Below are positions 37,845 through 45,993 of a DNA stretch of 64,000 nucleotides, piece after piece. The notes beneath the pieces were generated by a model, which was given only the letters and a program-made list of their open reading frames with translations, was not told where the DNA came from and ran no database searches. The first letter of the stretch is position 1, and every line of letters starts with the position of its first letter. Source of the DNA: Candidatus Marinacidobacterium sp. Its GTDB lineage: Bacteria; Acidobacteriota; Vicinamibacteria; Marinacidobacterales; Marinacidobacteraceae. Made by a program: the position numbers and the translations under genes. The DNA is taken from positions 2,616,582-2,680,581 of the forward strand of contig CBDHFO010000017.1 of assembly GCA_965262645.1 (NCBI GenBank). The letters run 5' to 3'.

Positions 37845-38609
37845 ATGAGCGAAAACCTGTCGGTGCGGGGCATCACCGTGACCGCGGGAGGCAGTGCGCT
37901 CGTTCGCGACGTCTCCTTCGACCTCGCCCCGGGGGAGTTCATCGCGCTCATCGGCCCGAACGGGGCCGGCAAGACCACCCTGCTGCGCGCCGCGCTGGGT
38001 CTGCTGAAGCCCACCCGGGGGCAGGCGCTTCTCGGGGGCCGGGACATTCGGCGACTCGCGCCGCTCGAGCGGGCGCGGCGGGTTTCCTATCTTCCGCAGA
38101 CGCGGCCGCTCGTCTGGCCCCAGGCGGTGCGGGACGTGGTGGCGCTCGGACGCTTTGCCTACGGCGTGGTCCTCGGCCGGCTGTCCGGACCGGACGCCGA
38201 GGCGGTGGATGCGGCGCTCGGGGTCTGCGACCTCGTTCACCTCAAGGATCGTTCCGCCGCGACCCTGTCCGGTGGCGAACGCGCGCGAATGCACTGCGCC
38301 CGGGCGCTGGCCGCCGAAGCGCCGCTCCTGGTTGCCGACGAGCCGGTGGCGTCGCTCGACCCGCGCCACCAGTTCGAGGTGATGGGACTCATTCGGGATT
38401 TCGTGAACCGGGGCGGCGGTGCGCTGATCGTGCTGCACGACGTGGGGCTCGCGAGACGGTTCGCGGACCGGTTCCTCTGGATGAAGGACGGGAAAATCGT
38501 TGCCGACGGCTCCGCCGCGGAGACCCTCGCGCCGGAACGCATGGAGTCCGTCTTCGGGGTGCGCGCCCGCGTCGAGGGCGACACCGTCGCGATCGAGGGG
38601 CCGGTTTGA
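37845..38609 (+). CDS. ABC transporter ATP-binding protein (iron-siderophore/cobalamin type, BtuD/FecE-like)
   Basis: Walker A GPNGAGKTT, signature LSGGERARM, Walker B LLVADEP. Confidence 0.85.
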   Translation: MSENLSVRGITVTAGGSALVRDVSFDLAPGEFIALIGPNGAGKTTLLRAALGLLKPTRGQALLGGRDIRRLAPLERARRVSYLPQTRPLVWPQAVRDVVALGRFAYGVVLGRLSGPDAEAVDAALGVCDLVHLKDRSAATLSGGERARMHCARALAAEAPLLVADEPVASLDPRHQFEVMGLIRDFVNRGGGALIVLHDVGLARRFADRFLWMKDGKIVADGSAAETLAPERMESVFGVRARVEGDTVAIEGPV

Positions 38610-39466
38610 GGACGCTGGTCGCAGCGGCCGTCCTCCTGCTGCTGGCCGCGGATCCCGGCGCCGCCGAAGATCCCGGCGCGGCCGAAGATCCCGGCGCCGC
38701 CGAAAATCCCGGCGCCGCCGAGGGGACCAAACCCGCGCGGATCGTGAGCCTCGACTACTGCGCGGACCAGTTTGTGCTCAAGCTGGCCGACCGCGACCGG
38801 ATCCTCGCGGTGTCCCCCGACGCCGGGAAGAGTTTTTCCTTCATGCGCGCGGCCGCCGAAGGTCTGCCCCGCGTGCGCCCACGGGCGGAAGACGTCTTGC
38901 CCCTCGGGCCCGACCTGGTGGTCCGTTCCTACGGCGGGGGTTCCAACATCGCCGCCTTCCTGGATCGCGCCGGGGTCCGGATCGCGCAGGTCGGGGTTGC
39001 CGAGAACCTGGCCGGGGTGAAACGTGTCCTGCGCGAAATGGCGCACGCGCTGGGCGAGCCGGGGCGGGGGGAGGCGCTCGTTTCGGAAATGGAGGAGCGG
39101 GAGGCCGCGCTTCGCCGCCGGCCGGGGACGGAGACGATCCTGTACCTGACCCCCTCCGGGATCACTACCGGCCCCGGAACCCTCGTGCACGAGATGTTGC
39201 GCGCCGCTGGTTTTGTGAACTTCCAGCGCGAGCCGGGATGGCGGCCCCTGCCTCTCGAGCGGCTTGCCTACGAGCGGCCCGATCGGGTGGCGCTCGCCGT
39301 CTTCGGCAACGATGCGAGCCGGGTCGAGGCCTGGAGCGCGATGCGCCATCCGCTCGTGCGGGCACAACTGCGGGACTTGCCGGTGACCTCGATTCCGGGC
39401 GCCTGGACCTCCTGCGGTGGGTGGTTCCTGCTCGACGCGATGGAAGCGCTGGCAGCGGGCGAATGA
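38606..39466 (+). CDS. periplasmic substrate-binding protein (BtuF/FecB-like)
   Basis: TTG overlaps the previous stop. Signal LRTLVAAAVLLLLAA, three DPGAAE repeats, then the cluster-A binding-protein pattern (RIVSLDYCADQFVLKL, PDLVV). Confidence 0.7.
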   Translation: MRTLVAAAVLLLLAADPGAAEDPGAAEDPGAAENPGAAEGTKPARIVSLDYCADQFVLKLADRDRILAVSPDAGKSFSFMRAAAEGLPRVRPRAEDVLPLGPDLVVRSYGGGSNIAAFLDRAGVRIAQVGVAENLAGVKRVLREMAHALGEPGRGEALVSEMEEREAALRRRPGTETILYLTPSGITTGPGTLVHEMLRAAGFVNFQREPGWRPLPLERLAYERPDRVALAVFGNDASRVEAWSAMRHPLVRAQLRDLPVTSIPGAWTSCGGWFLLDAMEALAAGE

Positions 39467-40452
39467 GCGGTCGCCGGCTCCTGGTCCTCCTGGCGGCGGC
39501 CGGGGCGGCGGGGCTCTTTCTCGCGTGCCTGCTCGGTGGGACGCCGCTCTCGCCCGGCCGGGTGCTGGCGGCGCTTCTGGGGCAGGCGAGCCCGGGCGAC
39601 CAGCTCGTGGTCTGGCAGATCCGTCTGCCGAGGGCGCTCGCCGCCTTCTGCGTTGGCGGAGCGCTCGGCGTGAGCGGCGCGGCGCTTCAGGGGCTGCTCC
39701 GGAACCCACTGGCGGAGCCGGGGGTCCTCGGGGTTTCGGCGGGCGCCGCGCTCGGCTCCACCGTGGTGATCTATTACGGGCTCGCCGGCGCCTGGCTCTG
39801 GGCGGTGCCGGTGGCGGCGGTGGTGAGCGCGCTCGCGGTGACCGCGCTCCTCGCGCTCGCGGCGAGCCACACCCGCTCGGTGGTCACCTTGATCCTGATC
39901 GGGGTCGGGATTTCGAGTTTCGCCGGCGCCGTGATGTCCCTGCTCCTGAATCTCGCGCCGAACCCCTTCTCGCTCGCGGAGATGATCAACTGGACGCTCG
40001 GTTCGGTGGCGAACCGGAGCTACGAGGATCTGCGGCTCGCGGTGCCGCTGATGGCGGTGGGGGCCGCGATTCTCTTCCGCTACCGGCGGGGGCTCTCGGC
40101 GCTGACCCTCGGGGAGGAGGCCGCGAGCGGCGTCGGACTGGATCTTCCCCGGCAGCGGATCGCGGTGGTTGTCGGGGCCGGACTCGCTGCCGGCGCGTCC
40201 GTGGCCCTCGCCGGAGTGATCGGCTTCGTGGGGATCGTCGCGCCCCACATCGTCCGCCCGCTGGTGGGATACGACCCCGCCCGCAGCCTCGCTCCCTCGG
40301 CCCTCCTGGCGGGAGCCATGCTGGTCTTCGCGGACATCGGCGTCCGGCTCCTGCCCACCGCGGTGGAGCTGAACCTCGGGGTGGTGGCGGCACTCTTCGG
40401 TGCCCCCGCCTTCATCTGGATCGCCATCCGCCAGCGCCCCCCCGCGGATTAG
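39463..40452 (+). CDS. FecCD/BtuC-family ABC permease
   Basis: ATG overlaps the previous stop (ATGA). IRLPRALAAFCVGGALGVSGAALQGLLRNPLAEPGVLGVSAGAALG is the FecCD signature. Confidence 0.85.
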   Translation: MSGRRLLVLLAAAGAAGLFLACLLGGTPLSPGRVLAALLGQASPGDQLVVWQIRLPRALAAFCVGGALGVSGAALQGLLRNPLAEPGVLGVSAGAALGSTVVIYYGLAGAWLWAVPVAAVVSALAVTALLALAASHTRSVVTLILIGVGISSFAGAVMSLLLNLAPNPFSLAEMINWTLGSVANRSYEDLRLAVPLMAVGAAILFRYRRGLSALTLGEEAASGVGLDLPRQRIAVVVGAGLAAGASVALAGVIGFVGIVAPHIVRPLVGYDPARSLAPSALLAGAMLVFADIGVRLLPTAVELNLGVVAALFGAPAFIWIAIRQRPPAD

Positions 40453-41249
40453 CAAGGAACCAAGGACCGCCAGGAGCGCAAGGAGCGCAAGGAGCGCCGG
40501 TCTTCAGACCGGCATCGCGGCCGCAGGCCGCGAAACTCCGGCTCTTATCGACCCCCATTACGTGGACCCAACCGGGGACGGCGCAACACCCTCCCGGGCC
40601 AACGCAAACAGTCAGGAGCGCCAGGAGCGCCAGGAGCGCCGGTCTTCAGACCGGCATCGCGGCCGCAGGCCGCGAAACTCCGGCTCTTATCGACCCCTAT
40701 TACGTGGACCCAACCGGGGACGGCGCGACACCCTCCCGCGCCAACGCAAACAGTCAGGAGCGCCAGGAGCGCCAGGAGCGCCGGTCTTCAGACCGGCATC
40801 GCGGCCGCAGGCCGCGAAACTCCGGCTCTTATCGACCCCCATTACGTGGACCCAACCGGGGACGGCGCGACACCCTCCCGGGCCAACGCAAACAGTCAGG
40901 AGCGCCAGGAGCGCCAGGAGCGCCGGTCTTCAGACCGGCATCGCGGCCGCAGGCCGCGAAACTCCGGCTCTTATCGACCCCCATTACGTGGACCCAACCG
41001 GGGACGGCGCGACACCCTCCCGGGCCAACGCAAACAGTCAGGAGCGCCAGGAGCGCCAGGAGCGCCGGTCTTCAGACCGGCATCGCGGCCGCAGGCCGCG
41101 AAACTCCGGCTCTTATCGACCCCCATTACGTGGACCCAACCGGGGACGGCGCGACACCCTCCCGGGCCAACGCAAACAGCCAGGAGCGCCAGGAGCGCCA
41201 GGAGCGCCGGTCTTCAGACCGGCATCGCGGCCGCAGGCCGCGAAACTCC
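40453..41249 (+). repeat. tandem array, 142-bp unit x about 5.6
   Basis: The core GGAGCGCCGG recurs at 40491, 40633, 40775, 40917, 41059 and 41201 (period exactly 142). Units are about 97-100% identical. Each unit is (CAGGAGCGC)x3, a double hairpin, then about 70 nt. Confidence 0.9.
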
Positions 41250-41505
41250 CACCACTAACCGCGAAGAAGCGCGGGGACGGCCAGGGAACGCCGACCTCTG
41301 GCCAGTTCTCCCGGTGGGGGCCGGCACGCGCTGCGCGCAGCGCAGCGAAATCGCGGTTCGCGTGACCCGCGTAACCCACAAACCGCCGGCCCGCATCGCC
41401 GCCACCGAGATTACACCTCAACCCCAACAGTGCCATACACTGCCGTGACGACATTACACCAACATTACATCGGAGATTACAGCCTCCGACGACCACATAA
41501 CCACC

Positions 41506-42255
41506 TTGATCCCGCGCGGCGCCAAAGGAGTTGTCCTCGGGACAATTCTCGCTTCCGCCGCGGTGGCCTCCGTCTCCTCGACGGCCCCGCAAGAGACCTG
41601 GCGGGGCCTCCGCGTAGCTCCCGAAGAGCGTTGCACCCGTTACGACTCGGACGACTACCGCTACTCGCAACGGGTCGAAGACGCCATCATCGCGGACCTC
41701 GGCGGGATCTACTCGCCCTATACGGGGGAGTGGTTTGACACGAAGCGGGAGACCGACATCGAGCACCTGGTGGCCCGTTCCGAGGCGCATGACAGCGGGC
41801 TGTGCGCCGCCAGCGCGGACACCAGGCGCCGGTTCGCCAATGACTCGCTGAATCTGACCCTCGCAAGTCCGGCGGTGAATCGGCACCAGAAGAACGACAA
41901 GGACGCGGCCGAGTGGCTGCCGGAAAGGAACCGGTGCTGGTTTGCGAGTCGTGTCGTCCAGGTACGACGGAAGTACGACCTCACGATCGACCGGCGAGAG
42001 GTCGGGGTCCTGGAAGGCCTGCTGTCGGGATGCCGTTCGGTAGCGATGGTCCCTCCTGGGTCGGGCCGCGCGCCAGCTAACCGATCGAACGCGGAACCGG
42101 ACGCGCGACGCCCATCTGATCACCAGACCGGATGCGGGCCTTTCGCCAACTGCACGGCGCTCCGTCGGGTGCACCCACGCGGGGTCCCACGAGGGCATTG
42201 CGCCTATGCCAGCAAGATGGACCGGGATCGAGACGGTTGGGCCTGCGAAAGATGA
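41506..42255 (+). CDS. secreted HNH/DUF1524-type nuclease with C-terminal excalibur domain
   Basis: TTG start and signal-like VVLGTILASAAVASVSS. DIEHLVARSEAHDSG...NLTLASPAVNRHQKNDKDAAEWLP (DUF1524 HNH). C-terminal CTALRRVHPRGVPRGHCAYASKMDRDRDGWACE (excalibur). Confidence 0.7.
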   Translation: MIPRGAKGVVLGTILASAAVASVSSTAPQETWRGLRVAPEERCTRYDSDDYRYSQRVEDAIIADLGGIYSPYTGEWFDTKRETDIEHLVARSEAHDSGLCAASADTRRRFANDSLNLTLASPAVNRHQKNDKDAAEWLPERNRCWFASRVVQVRRKYDLTIDRREVGVLEGLLSGCRSVAMVPPGSGRAPANRSNAEPDARRPSDHQTGCGPFANCTALRRVHPRGVPRGHCAYASKMDRDRDGWACER

Positions 42256-42607
42256 TGGCCCGTTCGTCCGGCAGATCCTTGCCGTCGTCGTTCCAGCTCC
42301 ACTGAAGACAGGCCCTTCCACTCGCAGCTCGCCTCGCGCCGTCCTTCGGAGCGTTGCCTCCTCCCGAGCCTCTAATTACTAGGAGTCCGCTCGTGAGCAG
42401 GGGAACGAGCTGGGCCCACGGCAGCGTCATCGGCGCGTGCGGAGCGGCGGACGACCGGCTTAGGACAATGGCGTAGGTGTAGGTTCTGCGTTCTGTTTCA
42501 CCATAGGGGGCTGAGAATTGCGGGCCCAATTTCTGCGTAGTTGCCTAGCCTTGTTGAGACGTGGCATTTCCCCGGTCTCTCGGTTTGCTTCAAAGCAAAC
42601 TCTCCCC

Positions 42608-42829
42608 ATGACTACCGTCTCCCGCAGCGATCTGGAGGCGTGCCTCTCCAAAGCCTGCGCCTACCATTCCGTGGCGGATTCGGGGGGACAGCCACTGAGG
42701 TTCCACACTTGGCCTGACTGCCCTGCCGGGAACCGCATCGGAAAGGCATACCTCCGGTGCGGGAAGGGGAAGCAGGGCGAGAGACGCGAGGAGTGCTCCT
42801 TTTGCCAAGGGCAGGGCACAAGAGTCTGA
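42608..42829 (+). CDS. possible small Cys-rich (zinc-ribbon-like) protein
   Basis: 73 aa; HTWPDCPAG...CSFCQGQG. Weak evidence based on the ORF only. Confidence 0.3.
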   Translation: MTTVSRSDLEACLSKACAYHSVADSGGQPLRFHTWPDCPAGNRIGKAYLRCGKGKQGERREECSFCQGQGTRV

Positions 42830-43000
42830 TTAGTTCGACTTACGTTGCCGCTCCCCTCGCCCTCTGACTCAATTCCGCGTGCGGGGTCGGTCTCGTCCGC
42901 AGGCACACGGACCGTTGCGGTTCCCTTCGCCTAGGCAGCGCGGTAGTCTGCTGGCTAGAGACCGGCAGCCAAGCACGCGAACACGACAAGGAGCGTTGAT

Positions 43001-43999
43001 GTGTCCGACCCACATTGGCAGTTGCATCCCAATGTGCATCCGTTGACGGTAAGCACGTTTCTCGACGCCATCATGGACCTTGGCCTCGCCGCGGAAGGCT
43101 TGCGGCACAAGAAGTCGCTCTTCGACACCGACGGGGGCTGGCGCGTGCTCCAGGCCGTTGTCCGCCAGATCTCAGTTCCCTTACGGAAGCTCTGCCTCGA
43201 CAAGGAAGGAGCCTTACTCAAGAAGGCCATCGCTAACCCGACCTTCCATCCCCTCGGCGGCCAAAAGGGTCGATACCGCCGCGCCACGCTGTTGTGGCGC
43301 TCAGAACCCCGAGAATGGGTCATGGGCTTCGCAGACGGGAAGGAGAAAACAGTCGTCGTCCCAGAAACCGAGCACGAAATTGAAATTGGCAGGTTGTACG
43401 GCGTCGACTTCCTTGAAGACGGGTGGTGCGCGATTCACCGCCCGTTCGATCTCGCGGCCCACCCAGTTCCGCTGGATGCTTGGCTAGACGCCAAGGCGCT
43501 GCAGGTCAACTCTGTCAGTTACACCATCAGAGACGCGCTAGGGCTCGTAGCCGACTACGAGGGCGCCCACGCCAACGAACTACACGCATGGATTGCGGTC
43601 GGCGTTAATCCCGAGGACATGGACAAGGGCAGGAAAATGAAATACCGCTTGGTCAACTCGGTGTACTTCGGATGCCTGTCGTACGTGCACGTAGTCGCTC
43701 TCTATACGGCGTTGTACCTCACGGGACAGGTGCGGGAGCTTCTTGCCAAATCTGCCAGCACGCTTGCCGGGGTGGATGCTTCCTCTGTCAACCGCTCAAT
43801 TCGGAACATCGGCACCGACCTAGTCCTGCGCGCACGCATTGTCAACGCCACCCAAGAGATGGTCGTTGTCGGAAAGTCGGATATCCCCGGAAACCGCCGG
43901 CGCCGCCCCGTTTACCGCCTCTGGTCAGGTTCGCCGCAGTGGGACGCCCCTGTTCCCGACCCGCCCCGCTCCGATCTGGCAGCAGGTCGTCCAGCATGA
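43001..43999 (+). CDS. hypothetical 332-aa protein (no recognisable family)
   Basis: GTG 7 nt after AAGGAG. Moderate-GC ORF in the accessory region. Confidence 0.5.
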   Translation: MSDPHWQLHPNVHPLTVSTFLDAIMDLGLAAEGLRHKKSLFDTDGGWRVLQAVVRQISVPLRKLCLDKEGALLKKAIANPTFHPLGGQKGRYRRATLLWRSEPREWVMGFADGKEKTVVVPETEHEIEIGRLYGVDFLEDGWCAIHRPFDLAAHPVPLDAWLDAKALQVNSVSYTIRDALGLVADYEGAHANELHAWIAVGVNPEDMDKGRKMKYRLVNSVYFGCLSYVHVVALYTALYLTGQVRELLAKSASTLAGVDASSVNRSIRNIGTDLVLRARIVNATQEMVVVGKSDIPGNRRRRPVYRLWSGSPQWDAPVPDPPRSDLAAGRPA

Positions 44000-44246
44000 T
44001 GCCCATCCAGCCGGACGCCCGGGGCCACTACGGGGCTCGCTGTTGACGAAGTCGCACACTTCCTGTCGTCTCGGAGAGCCAGAACGGCGTCAAACCGCGC
44101 AAGCGCGGGTCCTCCACTGGGTCCGGCCCTAGCTGTAACCCACCGGCCACGGGCACCGAACGCGGGCCTCCTAGGAAGGGCCCCTGCTACACCCGTTCAG
44201 AGAATCGACGGGTAGGAGAGCCGACGCTTCGCCATCTAGTTAGTTC

Positions 44247-44477
44247 CGGTCTGCTGATTCCTGGATCTCTTCGTGGGCGGCGTCGGGATGCGGCGGGGAC
44301 GCCGGCACCCGGTGGAGCTGAGGGCAGGGGACCCGCTGGACTTCTGGCGGGTGGAGGCGTGGGAGGAAGATCGCCTCCTGCGGCTCTCCGCGGAGATGAA
44401 GGTGCCCGGCCGGGCCTGGCTCCAGTTCAAGGTGGAGCCGGCGGAGGGCGGCAGCCGGATCACCCTAACGGCCGTTT
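44247..44477 (+). pseudogene. DUF2867-domain gene fragment F1
   Basis: LDLFVGGVGMRRGRRHPVELRAGDPLDFWRVEAWEEDRLLRLSAEMKVPGRAWLQFKVEPAEGGSRITLTAV. Homology stops abruptly at 44477. Confidence 0.6.
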
Positions 44478-44545
44478 GCACCCGCGCCAACACCTAATCG
44501 GTGTCAACAGCGTCCGTGCTCATCGTACTCCCTCTATCGGTCCGG

Positions 44546-45604
44546 TCACTTCCAGACCTGAGCTGATTCGGCACCATAGAACTGCAGGAACCGTGCGTCA
44601 CGGGCACTTCCAGCCCGGGCTAGTGCGGTAGCTCGTATCCGCAGGGTCGCGTTGCTTGAACTATCTGGATCTCCATGTAGGCCAACGTAGAGCCTTCGGA
44701 TATTTCCACTCTTTATTCTCGTGAGTACGTGGTCATCACTGTCATCGAAGCTATGTCCAAGAACAAACAATGTGTCCTGCTTCCTTCGCATGCGCCGAGT
44801 GAAATGGCGAAGGGAATTGTTCAAGTATGGACTCCTCTTGATACGCCGTAGTTTTTGGACGCTCGTCCCCTCGGCCACGAAAAGAGGGAACATATCTTTT
44901 CGGATCGCAGCCCTGATCTGGTCCATCAGCGGAAGTTTGCCTCCACTCCACTTGTACTTAACGAGTTCCGTACCGGTGTCTAGGAGGTGTAGGGCACCGT
45001 GTAAGTAGTGGATCCTCTGTTTGTTTGTTGTCGTGCTGCCGATCCAAACCAGGTGGTCGCTATTGGGTTCAGGAGACTTTCCGAATCCATCATTCGGCAC
45101 GAGTGAAACCGTGTTTGGCTTCGCCCGGTCCCACATTAGAGCCCAGTAGAGAAGAAGGTCATAGTTGAGCGTGTACACATGGCCCTTCTGATCTCCTCCG
45201 ATAAAGTTAGACAGAAAGTGTTTGCATCGCTGAAAGCGTTGGCCTCCTATTTCGTACGGGTCGGCCGGGTGATGTTGGACGATCGTCTTGATCAGAGTCT
45301 CTCGAATTTCGGAGGCATCTTGTCGGAGGCTCGACGGAATAGCGTGCGAGTGGTTGTACAGTGCGACAAGCCGAGCCGCCTCCTCCAAACTGCGAATACC
45401 GTGTTCGAAGTCCTTGGTGTCTATTGCGTTGAATACACGGTATATGCGCGACGAATCATCTGGAAAAGCCTTTTCGAATAGGGATCTGTATGTAAAGATG
45501 TTCTTGTTGCAGGCAATACTGAAGCCATTGCCGAGTAGGAGGTGCCGAGATCCGGACCCCTCTGAGTCAGCGAGTGCCTGGTCAAACGAAAATATCTGGG
45601 TCAC
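44546..45604 (-). CDS. DUF4917-like (SIR2-superfamily-like) protein
   Basis: 352 aa; N-terminal HLLLGNGFSIACN (the GxGxS motif of the SIR2_2/DUF4917 type). Markedly lower GC than its surroundings. Confidence 0.65.
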   Translation of the reverse strand: MTQIFSFDQALADSEGSGSRHLLLGNGFSIACNKNIFTYRSLFEKAFPDDSSRIYRVFNAIDTKDFEHGIRSLEEAARLVALYNHSHAIPSSLRQDASEIRETLIKTIVQHHPADPYEIGGQRFQRCKHFLSNFIGGDQKGHVYTLNYDLLLYWALMWDRAKPNTVSLVPNDGFGKSPEPNSDHLVWIGSTTTNKQRIHYLHGALHLLDTGTELVKYKWSGGKLPLMDQIRAAIRKDMFPLFVAEGTSVQKLRRIKRSPYLNNSLRHFTRRMRRKQDTLFVLGHSFDDSDDHVLTRIKSGNIRRLYVGLHGDPDSSSNATLRIRATALARAGSARDARFLQFYGAESAQVWK

Positions 45605-45872
45605 TTATAATTGACTTGGAGGGCGTCGGCGGTACTGGAGGTTTCAGATTTTGGGGCGGGTATCCAGCAGCCGCGAGGAGGTCAGCCGGAGAGCACGGGG
45701 AAGTGTTGGCGATGCGTACGTTCGGAGCACGCCGGCGCCGCTCAGGCGCGACCGAACTCGCCGGGCGTTCTGTAGAGTCAGAGGGCGCTTGAACGGGATC
45801 AGGCCTAAAATCACGCGGCCAAACCCGACGTAATTCTACAACGCATCCGTCACACGCGAAATCTTTCGGCCT

Positions 45873-45960
45873 GCGACTCGGGCAGCGGGCGCTCCTCTGC
45901 TGGTACGGGCTCTACCCGATCCACTGGCTGATCTTCCGGCGGATGCTGCGGAGAGTGGCG
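45873..45960 (+). pseudogene. DUF2867 fragment F2 (continuation of F1 after the 1.4-kb insertion)
   Basis: RLGQRALLCWYGLYPIHWLIFRRMLRR matches PLGLGGLLYWYGLYPIHWLIFRRML of the other copies. Confidence 0.6.
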
Positions 45961-45993
45961 GCGGCAGGACCCGCCCCGTGTAACAGTCCTGAC

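Noticed and set aside
40453-41249. CRISPR array?
   Set aside because: The whole 142-bp unit repeats nearly identically, so there are no unique spacers between short repeats. No cas genes are nearby. It is a tandem (satellite-like) repeat.
39417-41448. Long + strand ORFs (613, 321 and 200 aa) running through the tandem array
   Set aside because: All three frames are open only because of GC richness. The 142-bp period is not divisible by 3, so any product would cycle frames. The 'proteins' are low-complexity translations of the repeat.
45943-45993. A DUF2867-sialidase fusion protein (the frame is open from the DUF2867 fragment into the sialidase-like gene)
   Set aside because: The ATG at 45994 (58265 in copy 2) starts a typical signal peptide. 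The upstream part is a gene fragment, and in copy 2 it carries an in-frame stop.
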